NCBI GenBank assembly: GCA_016861205.1
Contig: BOKX01000001.1
Coordinates: 392,539-456,538 of the forward strand
Direction of reading: 5' to 3'
Source of the DNA: Patescibacteria group bacterium
GTDB lineage: Bacteria; Patescibacteriota; Microgenomatia; UBA1400; PJMF01
Length of the DNA stretch: 64,000 nucleotides
Below are positions 39,867 through 49,797 of this stretch, piece after piece. The translations under genes were made by a program, and so were the position numbers. The notes under the pieces are model-generated. The model saw only the letters and a list, made by a program, of their open reading frames with translations. It was not told the DNA's origin and ran no database searches. Numbering within the stretch: position 1 is the first letter of the stretch; the number at the start of each line of letters is the position of its first letter.

Positions 39867-39870
39867 GGTT

Positions 39871-40575
39871 ATGGCACGAACAAACACTGAACAACGACGC
39901 TACATGGACCTGCTCACTGCAGGTGTCATGGTGGGATTCGCTGAACTAGTCGGTCAGTATTTTTGTGGTGCAACTTCAACAACTGAGTTTGTAAACTTAT
40001 TTAACGAGCGATTTGAAGGCCCAGCTGATACATACTACCAAACTGGTCGCCGGTTACATTTCGATCCATGGGAGATTGCTGAGTCTGGTAAGATTTCCTG
40101 TTTTGCTTCTGCCTTTTTGATGGGTCTTTGGAGTCGGGCCACTTTTCTGGGTAATCCCGACATGTATCCAAGCTATATTGTGCAGGACCTCTATCCCAGT
40201 GATGATCCAAGAATCGCAAAAACCCCGATCCAAAAATCCCATGAGGTACACGGTGTTGTCAAAATTAATGGGACGTTGTATCAACAGTGGCGGAATAAAG
40301 ATCGTGTATGGTTCGAACAAATTATGAAACCGACAGCGGTCAACACAATCCATCAAAACAGCGATCAAGCTATCACTAGCTGTCGATTTGTAGCCAGCCG
40401 CTTGAGCCGATTCCCGTTGCAAAAATCCCGCGCTGAGCTGGCACTGCGCGTTGCCAACCAGCGTAGCCTCGAGCGATACCGCAACGATTTTTCAAATCTG
40501 TTACATGAAGTGCTACTACCAATTATCTACGAAGCTGCCGAACAGAAAGGGCCAAATCACTATGCCAGTCGTTAA
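39871..40575 (+). CDS. Hypothetical protein, possibly transglutaminase/papain-like (Cys-His)
   Basis: 234-aa ORF; GKISCFASAFLM and HEVHGVVKINGTLY segments. Confidence 0.6.
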   Translation: MARTNTEQRRYMDLLTAGVMVGFAELVGQYFCGATSTTEFVNLFNERFEGPADTYYQTGRRLHFDPWEIAESGKISCFASAFLMGLWSRATFLGNPDMYPSYIVQDLYPSDDPRIAKTPIQKSHEVHGVVKINGTLYQQWRNKDRVWFEQIMKPTAVNTIHQNSDQAITSCRFVASRLSRFPLQKSRAELALRVANQRSLERYRNDFSNLLHEVLLPIIYEAAEQKGPNHYASR

Positions 40576-40876
40576 AGACAAGCAATACTATATCGATGTA
40601 CTGACCGCCAGACAGGCCATCATCCAAAGGAAGCGCTATAACCAAGCGGCTTTGAATGAGATTCACGAATCCGAGATCAGTGGCGGTATTGACGAAAAAA
40701 CCAACCAAGTGATCGCGTTTTGGCAAGCTGTCGCTGAGCTAACTGGCTCGGCTACCAACACCATCCAGTTTGCGACGTACTTCTACGAGCATATCTATAA
40801 GGGACAAATTGACTTGGAACTGCTGGCTCTGGAAACTTACCGCTTACAAGTGCTCACCCAACCGGCTGAGGCGTAA
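40562..40876 (+). CDS. Small hypothetical protein (104 aa) coupled to the upstream gene
   Basis: ATG overlaps the last 14 nt of the previous ORF; helical composition. Confidence 0.55.
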   Translation: MPVVKDKQYYIDVLTARQAIIQRKRYNQAALNEIHESEISGGIDEKTNQVIAFWQAVAELTGSATNTIQFATYFYEHIYKGQIDLELLALETYRLQVLTQPAEA

Positions 40877-42544
40877 ATCTTTGATCATCAATTGGAGCGA
40901 CTGGCGACCTTGCCACTCGTTCCACTCGAGGGCTGCCGCCACATCAATCTGGTTACCAGCTTTGAGCTCTTCAGCTAAATCAGCTTTGCCCCAAGCCAGG
41001 GCCGTCACTGGTTGCGACTGAGTTGGAACCGCTAGTTTTAAACGCAGATGCTGCTTGTCACTGCCAAAGGTTTCCACTTTGGTCAGCGCTAGTTTCTGCC
41101 ACCCAAAAACTGGTTGTGGATTTCCGGCTCCAAATGGCTCAAAAGTAGCTACCTCATCGGCGAGTTCAGCTGTGACAAGATCGGCAGGCAAGTAGGCTTC
41201 CAGCTCAAGGCCGGGCACTAACCATTCTGGCTGGACACGCTCGCGAGCCAAGGTATGCAGCTGATCGGTTACGATCTTGATCTTACTCACCTCCAAACTA
41301 AAACCTGCCGCCATCGGATGACCACCGACCTCCAGCAAATCGTGACGAACTTGCCGGATGAGTTCCACTACATTAACTTGACTGATTGAACGAGCGGACG
41401 CTTTGGCTGTTGATTCACCCACCGCAATCACAATGGTGGGTTTGGCATACTCCTCCATCAACCGGCCAGCCAGTAAACCGATCACCCCTTCGTGATACTC
41501 AGTCGAGGCAACCACCAAAACACGTTCGGCTGCCTGGGCTTCTGCTGCTAGGCGAGCAGTTGTTAGCCACTGTGCCGTCAGTTCCTGCCGCCGTGAGTTC
41601 ATGTCAGAAATTACCTGCGTAAGTTGCCGTGCTCGATCACGATTGGTGGTACACAGGAGACGCAAGGCATCGAGGCCATGAGCAAGCCGACCCATGGCAT
41701 TCAAACGGGGTGCTAAACCAAAGTTAATGGTGGTCGTGGTAATTGTGGAAGGTGCCACATTGGCCCATGTCATCAAACTTTGCAAACCAACGCGCTCGCT
41801 CCGTCGGAGAGCAGGCAAGCCATGGACAACAAAACTGCGATTGGCACCAAGTAGAGGTACTTGATCGGCAACAGTAGCCAAAACAGTAAGGTCTAAACCG
41901 AGCTTGGTATCGGTACTTGGATCGTAGTCGTCAAGAAAGCGTCGTTTTATGGCTTGCGCTAAAAACCACGCTACCGTGCAACCACACAGCTTCGTGCTAT
42001 GCACTACAGCTAAGGCCGGTGGATAACCAGCATCTTCTGGTTGATGGTGATCACTCACGATCACATCAACTCCGGCTTCAGCCAGCCGGGTCAAAGACGC
42101 ATGGGCAACGATACCATTATCAGCCGTGATGATCAGACTTGGTCGAGAGGCACCAGCTAATACTTCGTCAACTGCCCGGGTGGACAGTCCGTAGCCGTGT
42201 TTCTCCCGATGCGGGATAAAGGGCTGCGCTGTGATTCCAATCGCTTGCAACGCTTCCCACATGACAGCGGTAGCGGTGATTCCATCAACATCATAGTCAC
42301 CGAACACCAGAACTGATTCCTGCTGCTGTCGAGCTTGCTCAATTCGATCCAAGGCAACCGTGACCTGAGCCTCATCGATCCCAACTTCACCGAGCTGCAT
42401 CTCAACAGGAGACCGTGGTGAAAAAAAACTTGGCTCGTCACTCACACCGCGATTAACCAATAACAACTTATGGATCTCGGCCATGGTTGTTGGCTGCTTG
42501 TCACTTTTGGCCAGCCAACGCCTGGAGTTTTGGGACGAATTCAT
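40844..42544 (-). CDS. recJ: Single-stranded-DNA exonuclease RecJ
   Basis: GDYDVDG, GYGLS, DNG, DHH, TVAD.VPL, PRLNAMGRL, GGHPMAAG, PFGAGNP. Confidence 0.96.
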   Translation of the reverse strand: MNSSQNSRRWLAKSDKQPTTMAEIHKLLLVNRGVSDEPSFFSPRSPVEMQLGEVGIDEAQVTVALDRIEQARQQQESVLVFGDYDVDGITATAVMWEALQAIGITAQPFIPHREKHGYGLSTRAVDEVLAGASRPSLIITADNGIVAHASLTRLAEAGVDVIVSDHHQPEDAGYPPALAVVHSTKLCGCTVAWFLAQAIKRRFLDDYDPSTDTKLGLDLTVLATVADQVPLLGANRSFVVHGLPALRRSERVGLQSLMTWANVAPSTITTTTINFGLAPRLNAMGRLAHGLDALRLLCTTNRDRARQLTQVISDMNSRRQELTAQWLTTARLAAEAQAAERVLVVASTEYHEGVIGLLAGRLMEEYAKPTIVIAVGESTAKASARSISQVNVVELIRQVRHDLLEVGGHPMAAGFSLEVSKIKIVTDQLHTLARERVQPEWLVPGLELEAYLPADLVTAELADEVATFEPFGAGNPQPVFGWQKLALTKVETFGSDKQHLRLKLAVPTQSQPVTALAWGKADLAEELKAGNQIDVAAALEWNEWQGRQSLQLMIKDLRLSRLGEHL

Positions 42545-42569
42545 TGTACAATGCCTTATTCTTTAATCT

Positions 42570-44195
42570 ATGAAACTTGCGCTTAGCTTACACGCTCTCT
42601 GGATAATGCACCAGCTACAAACCGTTGGCTATGAAGTGTTTCTCGTGGGAGGAGCAGTTCGCGACATCATGATTGGACAACAGGCGTACCCCTACGCCCC
42701 CGCAATCACAAAACACCCATTACTTTTTGACTATGACTTTGCCACCAATGCCACGCCAGACCAAATCCAAGCTGTTTTTCCAGACAGTTTTTATGAAAAC
42801 CAATTTGGGACGGTCAGCTTAACATTTGATCACGTCAACACTATTTTGGGTGAACCACTCACAGCAGCCGAGCTCGCCAAGCTCCAACCAGTACCCGATC
42901 CTCGCCCTCGGATTATCGACGTGGCTAAGGCTACTAAGTTACACACTTCACTCCAGTCTGAACCGTTACCTGAGGTTGATGCAGCGCACCCATTGGTGCC
43001 AAGTTTTCAAATCACAACCTATCGCACCGACGAGCTGTATGATAATCACCGCCAACCCAGCTCCATGACTTGGGGAAAAACACTCGTTGAAGATCTCGAG
43101 CGGCGAGACTTCACCATCAATGCTTTAGCTCTGTCTGTAACAGCTGAACAGCTATCTCAGCTGTTTAGTGGTCAACCACCAGCCACCGCGCTGATGGAGG
43201 TTGAGGCCATGTTATTGGACTACCATCATGGTCAAGCCGATCTTAAAACTGGCACCATTCGGACAGTGGGTGACCCACAGCGACGTTTTCAAGAAGATGC
43301 CCTGCGAATGCTGCGGGCCATTCGATTTAGTGTTCAGCTCAACTGTGAAATTGAATCCCAGACGTATGAACACCTCAGTCAACAAGCCACGTTACTCCAG
43401 CACATTAGCCAGGAGCGCATCCGGGATGAGTTTTTGAAAATGCTGGCTAGTCCGTTTCCAGCCGAAGCGGTTGAGTTGCTTGCAGACACTGGGCTGTTGG
43501 AGTTCGTCTTGCCAGAACTGTTAGCAGCGCAAGGAGTCCAACAAGGTGGGCATCACACCACGGATGTTTGGGTACACAGCTTGGACGCTCTACGATGTTG
43601 CCCATCACCTGATCCCATCGTTCGGCTAGCCACGTTACTCCATGACATCTCTAAGCCTGAAACACAAGGTCGCTCTGGATCTCAAATCACGTTTTACAAT
43701 CATGAGGTGGTTGGTGCTCGGGTGGCCAAAAAAGTTGGTCAACGACTGCGGTTGGCTCGTCATGATATTGATCGGTTGTTCATCCTCGTCAGATATCATA
43801 TGTTCCATTACCAACCAGAAAACAGTGATGCTGCCATCCGCCGCTTGATGCGTCAGGTCGGCCTAGAACACCTCGATGATTTACTGGACTTACGTGAAGC
43901 TGATCGGCTGGGCAGCGGCGCTAAGAAAACGAGTTGGCGACTCGAAGAGTTGAAAGCGCGCATGATTGCTCAGTTACATCAGCCAATGGACGTGACTGAT
44001 TTAGCAATTGATGGTACCGTGTTAATGAACGAAGCTGGTTTTAAACCAAGCCGAGAGCTGGGTGAAGCTCTCAAGTATTTACTGGAGTTGGTTCTCGACC
44101 AACCAGACCTGAACACCAAGGACACTCTGCTTGCTAAAGCTCGCGAGTGGCGTCAACATCTGCACCATGACTCCAACTTGGCATCAACCACCTAG
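42570..44195 (+). CDS. cca: CCA tRNA nucleotidyltransferase with HD domain
   Basis: VGGAVRD, DYDFAT, RRDFTINA, EDALRMLRAIRF, ERI..E, LLHDISK. Confidence 0.9.
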   Translation: MKLALSLHALWIMHQLQTVGYEVFLVGGAVRDIMIGQQAYPYAPAITKHPLLFDYDFATNATPDQIQAVFPDSFYENQFGTVSLTFDHVNTILGEPLTAAELAKLQPVPDPRPRIIDVAKATKLHTSLQSEPLPEVDAAHPLVPSFQITTYRTDELYDNHRQPSSMTWGKTLVEDLERRDFTINALALSVTAEQLSQLFSGQPPATALMEVEAMLLDYHHGQADLKTGTIRTVGDPQRRFQEDALRMLRAIRFSVQLNCEIESQTYEHLSQQATLLQHISQERIRDEFLKMLASPFPAEAVELLADTGLLEFVLPELLAAQGVQQGGHHTTDVWVHSLDALRCCPSPDPIVRLATLLHDISKPETQGRSGSQITFYNHEVVGARVAKKVGQRLRLARHDIDRLFILVRYHMFHYQPENSDAAIRRLMRQVGLEHLDDLLDLREADRLGSGAKKTSWRLEELKARMIAQLHQPMDVTDLAIDGTVLMNEAGFKPSRELGEALKYLLELVLDQPDLNTKDTLLAKAREWRQHLHHDSNLASTT

Positions 44196-46812
44196 CCAAC
44201 TTGATTTAACGGCGATTCTCAATCAGTTGCATGTGTCTGGTGAACGCGGCCTCTCATCGCACCAAGTTATCGAACTCCAAAAAGCCAGCCAACCTAACGA
44301 ACTACCGACACAGAAACCACTTAACTTTCTCTGGCTGTACCTCAAACAGTTCCAGAGTCCCTTGATTTACTTATTGTTTGGGGCGGCGGTAGTTAACTGG
44401 TTGGTTGGACAAACCAGCGACACTTGGGTCATTTTAATGGTAGTTGGCATTAATAGTTTGATTGGTTTTGTCCAAGAAGCTCGAGCTGAACAACGGGTCA
44501 GATCACTTCGCCAACTCCTAACTCCGACCACAAAAGTGCTGCGCGACGGAACACTCCATGTGATCCCTGCGAAAGAACTGGTACTTGGCGACATTGTTCA
44601 CCTGGAGCCTGGTGATCGAGTTCCCGCTGATGCTCGATTAATGGCAAGCTATAACTTGCAGTGTAACGAAGCACACTTAACAGGCGAATCATTACCAAGT
44701 CGAAAATCAACTCAAAAACTTGCTCATATAGCCCTGATCAGCGATCAACATAATATGGTGTGGATGGGGGCACTGGTTACCCAGGGCCAAGGGCAAGCGA
44801 TAGTGACAGCCACTGGTCTAGATACCGAGCTAGGCCGCATCTCAAATTTGATTGAGACGGCTCACGAACTCAGCTCGCCACTGGCAACCACAATTCGTCA
44901 ATTTAGTCGAACTTTAATGCTCCTGGTGTTGGTGGCTGTTGGCATAGTCGGAGTGATTGGATGGTGGCGAGAGCTACCAAGCACCGTGCTGGTAACCACA
45001 ATTGTCAGCTTGGTGGTGTCTATTATTCCCGAGGGACTACCCGTGGTAGTGACTGTAACACTATCGCTTGGTTTATGGCGAATGGCCAAACAACGCAGTG
45101 TGATTCGCAAACTTGACACACTGGAAACACTGGGCAGTGTTGAGGTGATCTGTACTGACAAGACTGGGACTCTTACCCGAGGTGAAATGATGGTGAGCCG
45201 AATCCTAGCTCCTGGTCAAACCTGGACCGTAACCGGTGATGGCTTTGTACCTGAAGGTACAATTTTGGACAACCAGCAGGTAGTTCACTTGACAGAGCAG
45301 CCATTTCTTGAGGATGTTTTGCGAGCAGCAGCCCTGTCTACCCAAGCTCAAACTGAACTAAGTTCCAACGGACAGTACCTACCAATTGGTGATCCTACCG
45401 AGGTAGCTTTGACCGTATTAGCAGCCAAGATGAAAATCTTTAGTCGTGATCTTCACACTACGTTGCGTCTCGTTTTTATTGCCCCTTTTGATCAAAACCG
45501 ACGCTGGAGTAGCTTGGTGTACAAACGTAGTGATGGAAAGTATCTCAGTGTAACCAAAGGTTCACCAGAGAGCTTGGCCCAACACTGCCCCCGTCGCGAG
45601 TGGATCATTGCCAAAACAAAGCATTCAGCTCGAGCGGGCAATCGGGTCATCGCCCTTGGCTGGAGTGTGACTTCGTCAGACCCCACCAAACAACTGAGTG
45701 ATGGCCAACTACCACCCCTTGATAACACCGCACTCTTAATCTTGAATGATCCTCTTCGCTCCGACACATTTACGGCAATTCAAACATGTCAAACCAGTGG
45801 CATTCAGGTCATTATGGTCACGGGAGACCACCCTGACACGGCCAAAGAAATTGGTCGGCAACTGAATCTTCCTACTGAACCGTTGCTCATGAGCAGCCAA
45901 CTTTCCGAACTACCACCGGATGAGCAATCGCTTAAGTTGGCCCAAGCAAGTATTATTGCCCGTGCAACCCCCGAAATTAAGCTCAACTTAGTCCATTTGC
46001 TTCAGTCGCAATCAAAAGTCATTGCCATGACAGGCGATGGCGTCAATGATGCACCTGCCTTGAAGCAGGCCGACGTGGGAGTGGCTATGGGTCGATCTGG
46101 ATCTGATGTCGCGAAAGAAGCATCAGATATGGTCATTACTGATGACCGATTCGCCACGCTGGTGACTGCAATCCAAGAAGGGAGGTTGGTGTGGAGCAAT
46201 CTCCGGAAAGTCCTTTTTTATCTTTTGTCTACCTCAGTTGGGGAGCTGCTCTTGATTCTAATCGCCCTCATCGTCGGTTGGCCGCTTCCATTGCTCGCGT
46301 CCCAAATTATTTGGTTGAACCTCATCACTGATGCTTTTTTTGACATGGCCTTGGCTACCGAAGGACCGGAATACGATTTGATGAAAGCGAAACCTCGTGG
46401 GCGACGACGGACGTTGCTCGATAGGCGGCTGGTTGGCAGATTAATCTATACTGGGCTTCTGATGAGTGTGCTGGGCTTAAGTTACTTCCGCTGGCACATC
46501 GATATTGATCTAGATCGGGCTAGAACTCTCATGTTAACTACCTTAGCTGTCATCCAGTGGTTTAACGCCTGGAACGCCCGATCGGAACAGCGCACCATCT
46601 TTGAACTACCACCCTTTGGAAATCGTAATCTACTCATCGCCCTAACCTGCGCAGCTGTGTTGCAGTTCGCTGCCGTCTACTGGTGGCCTTTACAACACAT
46701 TCTCAAGACCACTCCACTGTCTGTTCATGACTGGGTGAGCATTATCGCGACTAGCAGCTTAATCTTACTCGCTGATATCATCTGGAAAAAAGTTTGGCCG
46801 AACCAACCCTAA
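44167..46812 (+). CDS. Cation-transporting P-type ATPase (type II, Ca2+-like)
   Basis: TGES, PEGLP, DKTGTLT, GDPTE, TGD, GDGVNDAPALK, WLNLITD. Confidence 0.95.
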   Translation: MTPTWHQPPSQLDLTAILNQLHVSGERGLSSHQVIELQKASQPNELPTQKPLNFLWLYLKQFQSPLIYLLFGAAVVNWLVGQTSDTWVILMVVGINSLIGFVQEARAEQRVRSLRQLLTPTTKVLRDGTLHVIPAKELVLGDIVHLEPGDRVPADARLMASYNLQCNEAHLTGESLPSRKSTQKLAHIALISDQHNMVWMGALVTQGQGQAIVTATGLDTELGRISNLIETAHELSSPLATTIRQFSRTLMLLVLVAVGIVGVIGWWRELPSTVLVTTIVSLVVSIIPEGLPVVVTVTLSLGLWRMAKQRSVIRKLDTLETLGSVEVICTDKTGTLTRGEMMVSRILAPGQTWTVTGDGFVPEGTILDNQQVVHLTEQPFLEDVLRAAALSTQAQTELSSNGQYLPIGDPTEVALTVLAAKMKIFSRDLHTTLRLVFIAPFDQNRRWSSLVYKRSDGKYLSVTKGSPESLAQHCPRREWIIAKTKHSARAGNRVIALGWSVTSSDPTKQLSDGQLPPLDNTALLILNDPLRSDTFTAIQTCQTSGIQVIMVTGDHPDTAKEIGRQLNLPTEPLLMSSQLSELPPDEQSLKLAQASIIARATPEIKLNLVHLLQSQSKVIAMTGDGVNDAPALKQADVGVAMGRSGSDVAKEASDMVITDDRFATLVTAIQEGRLVWSNLRKVLFYLLSTSVGELLLILIALIVGWPLPLLASQIIWLNLITDAFFDMALATEGPEYDLMKAKPRGRRRTLLDRRLVGRLIYTGLLMSVLGLSYFRWHIDIDLDRARTLMLTTLAVIQWFNAWNARSEQRTIFELPPFGNRNLLIALTCAAVLQFAAVYWWPLQHILKTTPLSVHDWVSIIATSSLILLADIIWKKVWPNQP

Positions 46813-46836
46813 CAAGTCACGCATCCATCAGGTGAG

Positions 46837-47712
46837 TTATTTTTTTCGACTGAGTGTTTGCCAAGCCAACAGGAGCGGAGCAGCTGTAAATGTCGATGAG
46901 TACGTGCCAGTCACTGCCCCAACTAACAACGCCAGAGCAAAGTAACGAATACTTTCTCCGCCCAGAAGTGTTAAACAAAGCAACATAATGATAATCGTCA
47001 TTGAGTTATTAATTGATCTACCCAAAGTTTGGGTAACTGCAATGTTCAGCACTTCTTTGAGTGCGAGCCTCGGTTGCTGGCGACTGATTTCACGCACCCG
47101 GTCATACACTACGATAGTGTCATGCACTGAAAAAGATAAGGTGGTCAGCAAGGCGGTCACAAACAACACGTCAACTTCCACGCCCCACCAAACTCCCAAT
47201 AAGCTAAATACCCCCAACAATACAAGTAAGTCATGGCACATTGCTAAAATGGCACACACTCCAAATGACAATTGCCGGAACTGTCGCCAAACATACAGGG
47301 TAATTCCGCCAGCGGCCAATGCCACCGCCACTAGTGTTTTGCTAATTAGTTCTTGGCCCAGTACCGGCCCTACGGTGGTAAATCGGTGTTCGACTACAGG
47401 TCCCCACCCAGCCGTCACCACCTGCAAAGCTTGTTGATGTTGCTCGGGTGTCATTGCTTTACCACGCAAAACATAGACGTGGTCCCCACTGGCCTGCACC
47501 ACTTCCACTTCCCAAACCGGCCCTAAAACGGCTTGTGCTTCACTCTGACTTAGATTTTCGGGAATTCGGGCTCCACTGACTTCCCAAAGTGCACCCCCAG
47601 TGAAATCAATACCTAGTCGCAAACCATTCATTGCCAATGAAATCAGTCCAGGGACGATCACTAGTGCTGAAATAGCCAGATACAGCCATCGAAATTTCAT
47701 GAAATCAATCAT
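46837..47712 (-). CDS. secF: Protein translocase subunit SecF
   Basis: LGIDFTGG, VGP.LG.EL, HD, SVHDTIVVYDRVRE, GTYSS; ATGA overlap with secD. Confidence 0.95.
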   Translation of the reverse strand: MIDFMKFRWLYLAISALVIVPGLISLAMNGLRLGIDFTGGALWEVSGARIPENLSQSEAQAVLGPVWEVEVVQASGDHVYVLRGKAMTPEQHQQALQVVTAGWGPVVEHRFTTVGPVLGQELISKTLVAVALAAGGITLYVWRQFRQLSFGVCAILAMCHDLLVLLGVFSLLGVWWGVEVDVLFVTALLTTLSFSVHDTIVVYDRVREISRQQPRLALKEVLNIAVTQTLGRSINNSMTIIIMLLCLTLLGGESIRYFALALLVGAVTGTYSSTFTAAPLLLAWQTLSRKK

Positions 47713-49076
47713 GACTCTGACCCTTTCAAAAATAAGCGCATTAGAGTGCGCGTCACTACCAAACCAGTGAACAAACTGATTACCACCCCAATCAGGAGCG
47801 TGATACCAAAGCCGCGAACCAAGCCGCTGGTGTTCAGAAACGGCCAATCGAGTGGATTAACCAAAATACTGGCTGTCAGCAAAGTCGCAACGTTGGCGTC
47901 TTTGATGCTATCCCAAGCTCGTCCAAATCCCAGCTGCATCGCTTGTGAAAAGGCCCGACCGCGCCGCAGCTCTTCTTTCAATCGTTCAAACACCAAAATG
48001 TTACTGTCGACTGCCATCCCAATTGACAGCAATAAGCCAGCTAAACCAGGTAATGTTAAGGTAATCCCCAGAATTTTGTAGGTAGCAATCGTCAACAAGG
48101 CATACACAACGAGTGCCATACAGGCCAAGAAACCTTGCCAGCCGTAAATGGCAATCATAAATACCATCACTAAACCAATCCCCAGTAAACCAGCTTGCAG
48201 ACTGGCTTTTACCGACTCAAACCCCAAACTCGCACCCAAATTTCGTTGTTCAAGGACGGTAATCGGGACAGGCAGTGCACCCGCGTTGAGTTGGATGGCC
48301 AGCTGCTGGGCTTCTGACAAACTGAACTGGCCGGTCATAACAGCACGACCGTCTAAAATCGGGGTATTGATAGTAGGCATGGCGATTGGAAAATCATCAA
48401 TAAAAATGGCCAACATTTCGCCTGTGTGGTCAGTCGTCAACTGCCCAAATAAATCGCGTCCAACTGCGTCGAACTCCAAACCGATTACTGGTTCGCCAGA
48501 TTGTGGGTCAAACTGGACCTGGGCTCGCTTTAAGTTTTGACCGGTCAAGCCTGTCGTTCGGAAACCTTCAATCCATGCAGTGGCTGAGTCACTTGCCACC
48601 GCCGCCTGACTTGCTGGCAAACGGAAATCAAGTTCTGCTGTCGTTCCGATCAGCTGTAAAGCTTGGTCAGGGTTCTGGACACCAGGTAACTCTACCAAAA
48701 TCCGGTAATCCTCACCTTGTTGCGCGGTTTGTACAACTGGCTCAGCTATACCAAACAAATCCACTCGACGCTTGAGAATTTCCCGTGCTGACGTCAATGC
48801 ATCTCCGCGGTCAGCCGGGTCTATTTTCGACATGTCAGCTTGCAAAACCACCTGCATGCCACCTTGAATATCTAAGCCTTGCTTCAAATTCCAGCTGGGT
48901 TGCCACTCCCAGTTTCCCAATTTTAAGTATGGCTGGGGACCCCGGATGGTAGTAGTAAATCGTCGACCAGCTACCGTGACATCGATTGGCCACTCTTTGG
49001 GTAGCGCGATTAAACTAGCGATCACACTGAGCGCACAAATAAATAAAAAGGTTTGCAGTGGTCTACTCTTTGACAT
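47709..49076 (-). CDS. secD: Protein translocase subunit SecD
   Basis: GLDIQGG, RRVD..G..EP, LNAGALPVP, GMAVDSNILVFER. Confidence 0.96.
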   Translation of the reverse strand: MSKSRPLQTFLFICALSVIASLIALPKEWPIDVTVAGRRFTTTIRGPQPYLKLGNWEWQPSWNLKQGLDIQGGMQVVLQADMSKIDPADRGDALTSAREILKRRVDLFGIAEPVVQTAQQGEDYRILVELPGVQNPDQALQLIGTTAELDFRLPASQAAVASDSATAWIEGFRTTGLTGQNLKRAQVQFDPQSGEPVIGLEFDAVGRDLFGQLTTDHTGEMLAIFIDDFPIAMPTINTPILDGRAVMTGQFSLSEAQQLAIQLNAGALPVPITVLEQRNLGASLGFESVKASLQAGLLGIGLVMVFMIAIYGWQGFLACMALVVYALLTIATYKILGITLTLPGLAGLLLSIGMAVDSNILVFERLKEELRRGRAFSQAMQLGFGRAWDSIKDANVATLLTASILVNPLDWPFLNTSGLVRGFGITLLIGVVISLFTGLVVTRTLMRLFLKGSES

Positions 49077-49081
49077 AGGTT

Positions 49082-49693
49082 CTAGGCAGGAGTAGTTAAA
49101 CCAGCAATTTGCCGGAACGTGAACTCATCTTCACTACCCACGATCATGACGCGGGTCCCGTATAAAATATCCATCACGAAGGGATCACGACGGGTTTTTC
49201 GGAACTCAAACTCTTCCGCCGAAAAGACGGCATAGTTGATTTCACGACCCAGTTTGGTTTCTTCTTCCTTGATCATGGCTTGAAGCTCAGGGAGTACCAC
49301 TTCACCAACAATCAGAATATCAACTTCATCTCCGCGTGGTCGCAAACCACGCACAAACCGACCTGAAAACATAACGTATTCAAGTGTACCAAGCTTGCTG
49401 CGATACTTGAGAATTTTACGACCCAAACCAGTGCTTTTTGCCACCATTTGTTGAAGTTCGGGATAGTACAGATAGCGATTATTGAGGAAGTAGTACAAAC
49501 GATTCCCGCGTTGTTCACACTTCAGCAATCCGTAGGCGATCATCCGATCCAGTTCGCGACGAACTGCGTTGATCTCTTCTTTAGTGGCTCGGGTTATCTC
49601 CCGAACATAGTACATCTCTTCTGGATGACCAAAAAACAACTCCATCAAGCGAGCTCGCACCCGGGACATCATGAAGTCTTGTAATGTACTCAT
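49082..49693 (-). CDS. Winged-helix plus degenerate minimal nucleotidyltransferase-fold protein
   Basis: YVREITR...NAVRRELDRM...GN..YY wHTH; FSGRF...EVDILIVG. Confidence 0.7.
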   Translation of the reverse strand: MSTLQDFMMSRVRARLMELFFGHPEEMYYVREITRATKEEINAVRRELDRMIAYGLLKCEQRGNRLYYFLNNRYLYYPELQQMVAKSTGLGRKILKYRSKLGTLEYVMFSGRFVRGLRPRGDEVDILIVGEVVLPELQAMIKEEETKLGREINYAVFSAEEFEFRKTRRDPFVMDILYGTRVMIVGSEDEFTFRQIAGLTTPA

Positions 49694-49797
49694 ATCGACC
49701 TTACTTAGAAGTAGACAATCTGTACTCAGATTCTACCCTGACTTTTTGACAAACACAATTCTCAGAGATCCAGAAGCCAATGAATAACCTCATTGAG

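Noticed and set aside
42542-42553. Perfect 12-bp palindrome CATTGTACAATG between divergent recJ and cca, giving TACAAT on both strands
   Set aside because: On the minus strand it overlaps the probable recJ ATG (the RRW N-terminus supports start 42544), so a bidirectional -10 cannot be supported; it is probably only the cca promoter.
35880-46823. 13-mer AACAAGTCACGCA found in two intergenic gaps (about 35880 and 46811)
   Set aside because: 13-bp matches are expected by chance in 64 kb, and the enclosed region is housekeeping genes, not an island.
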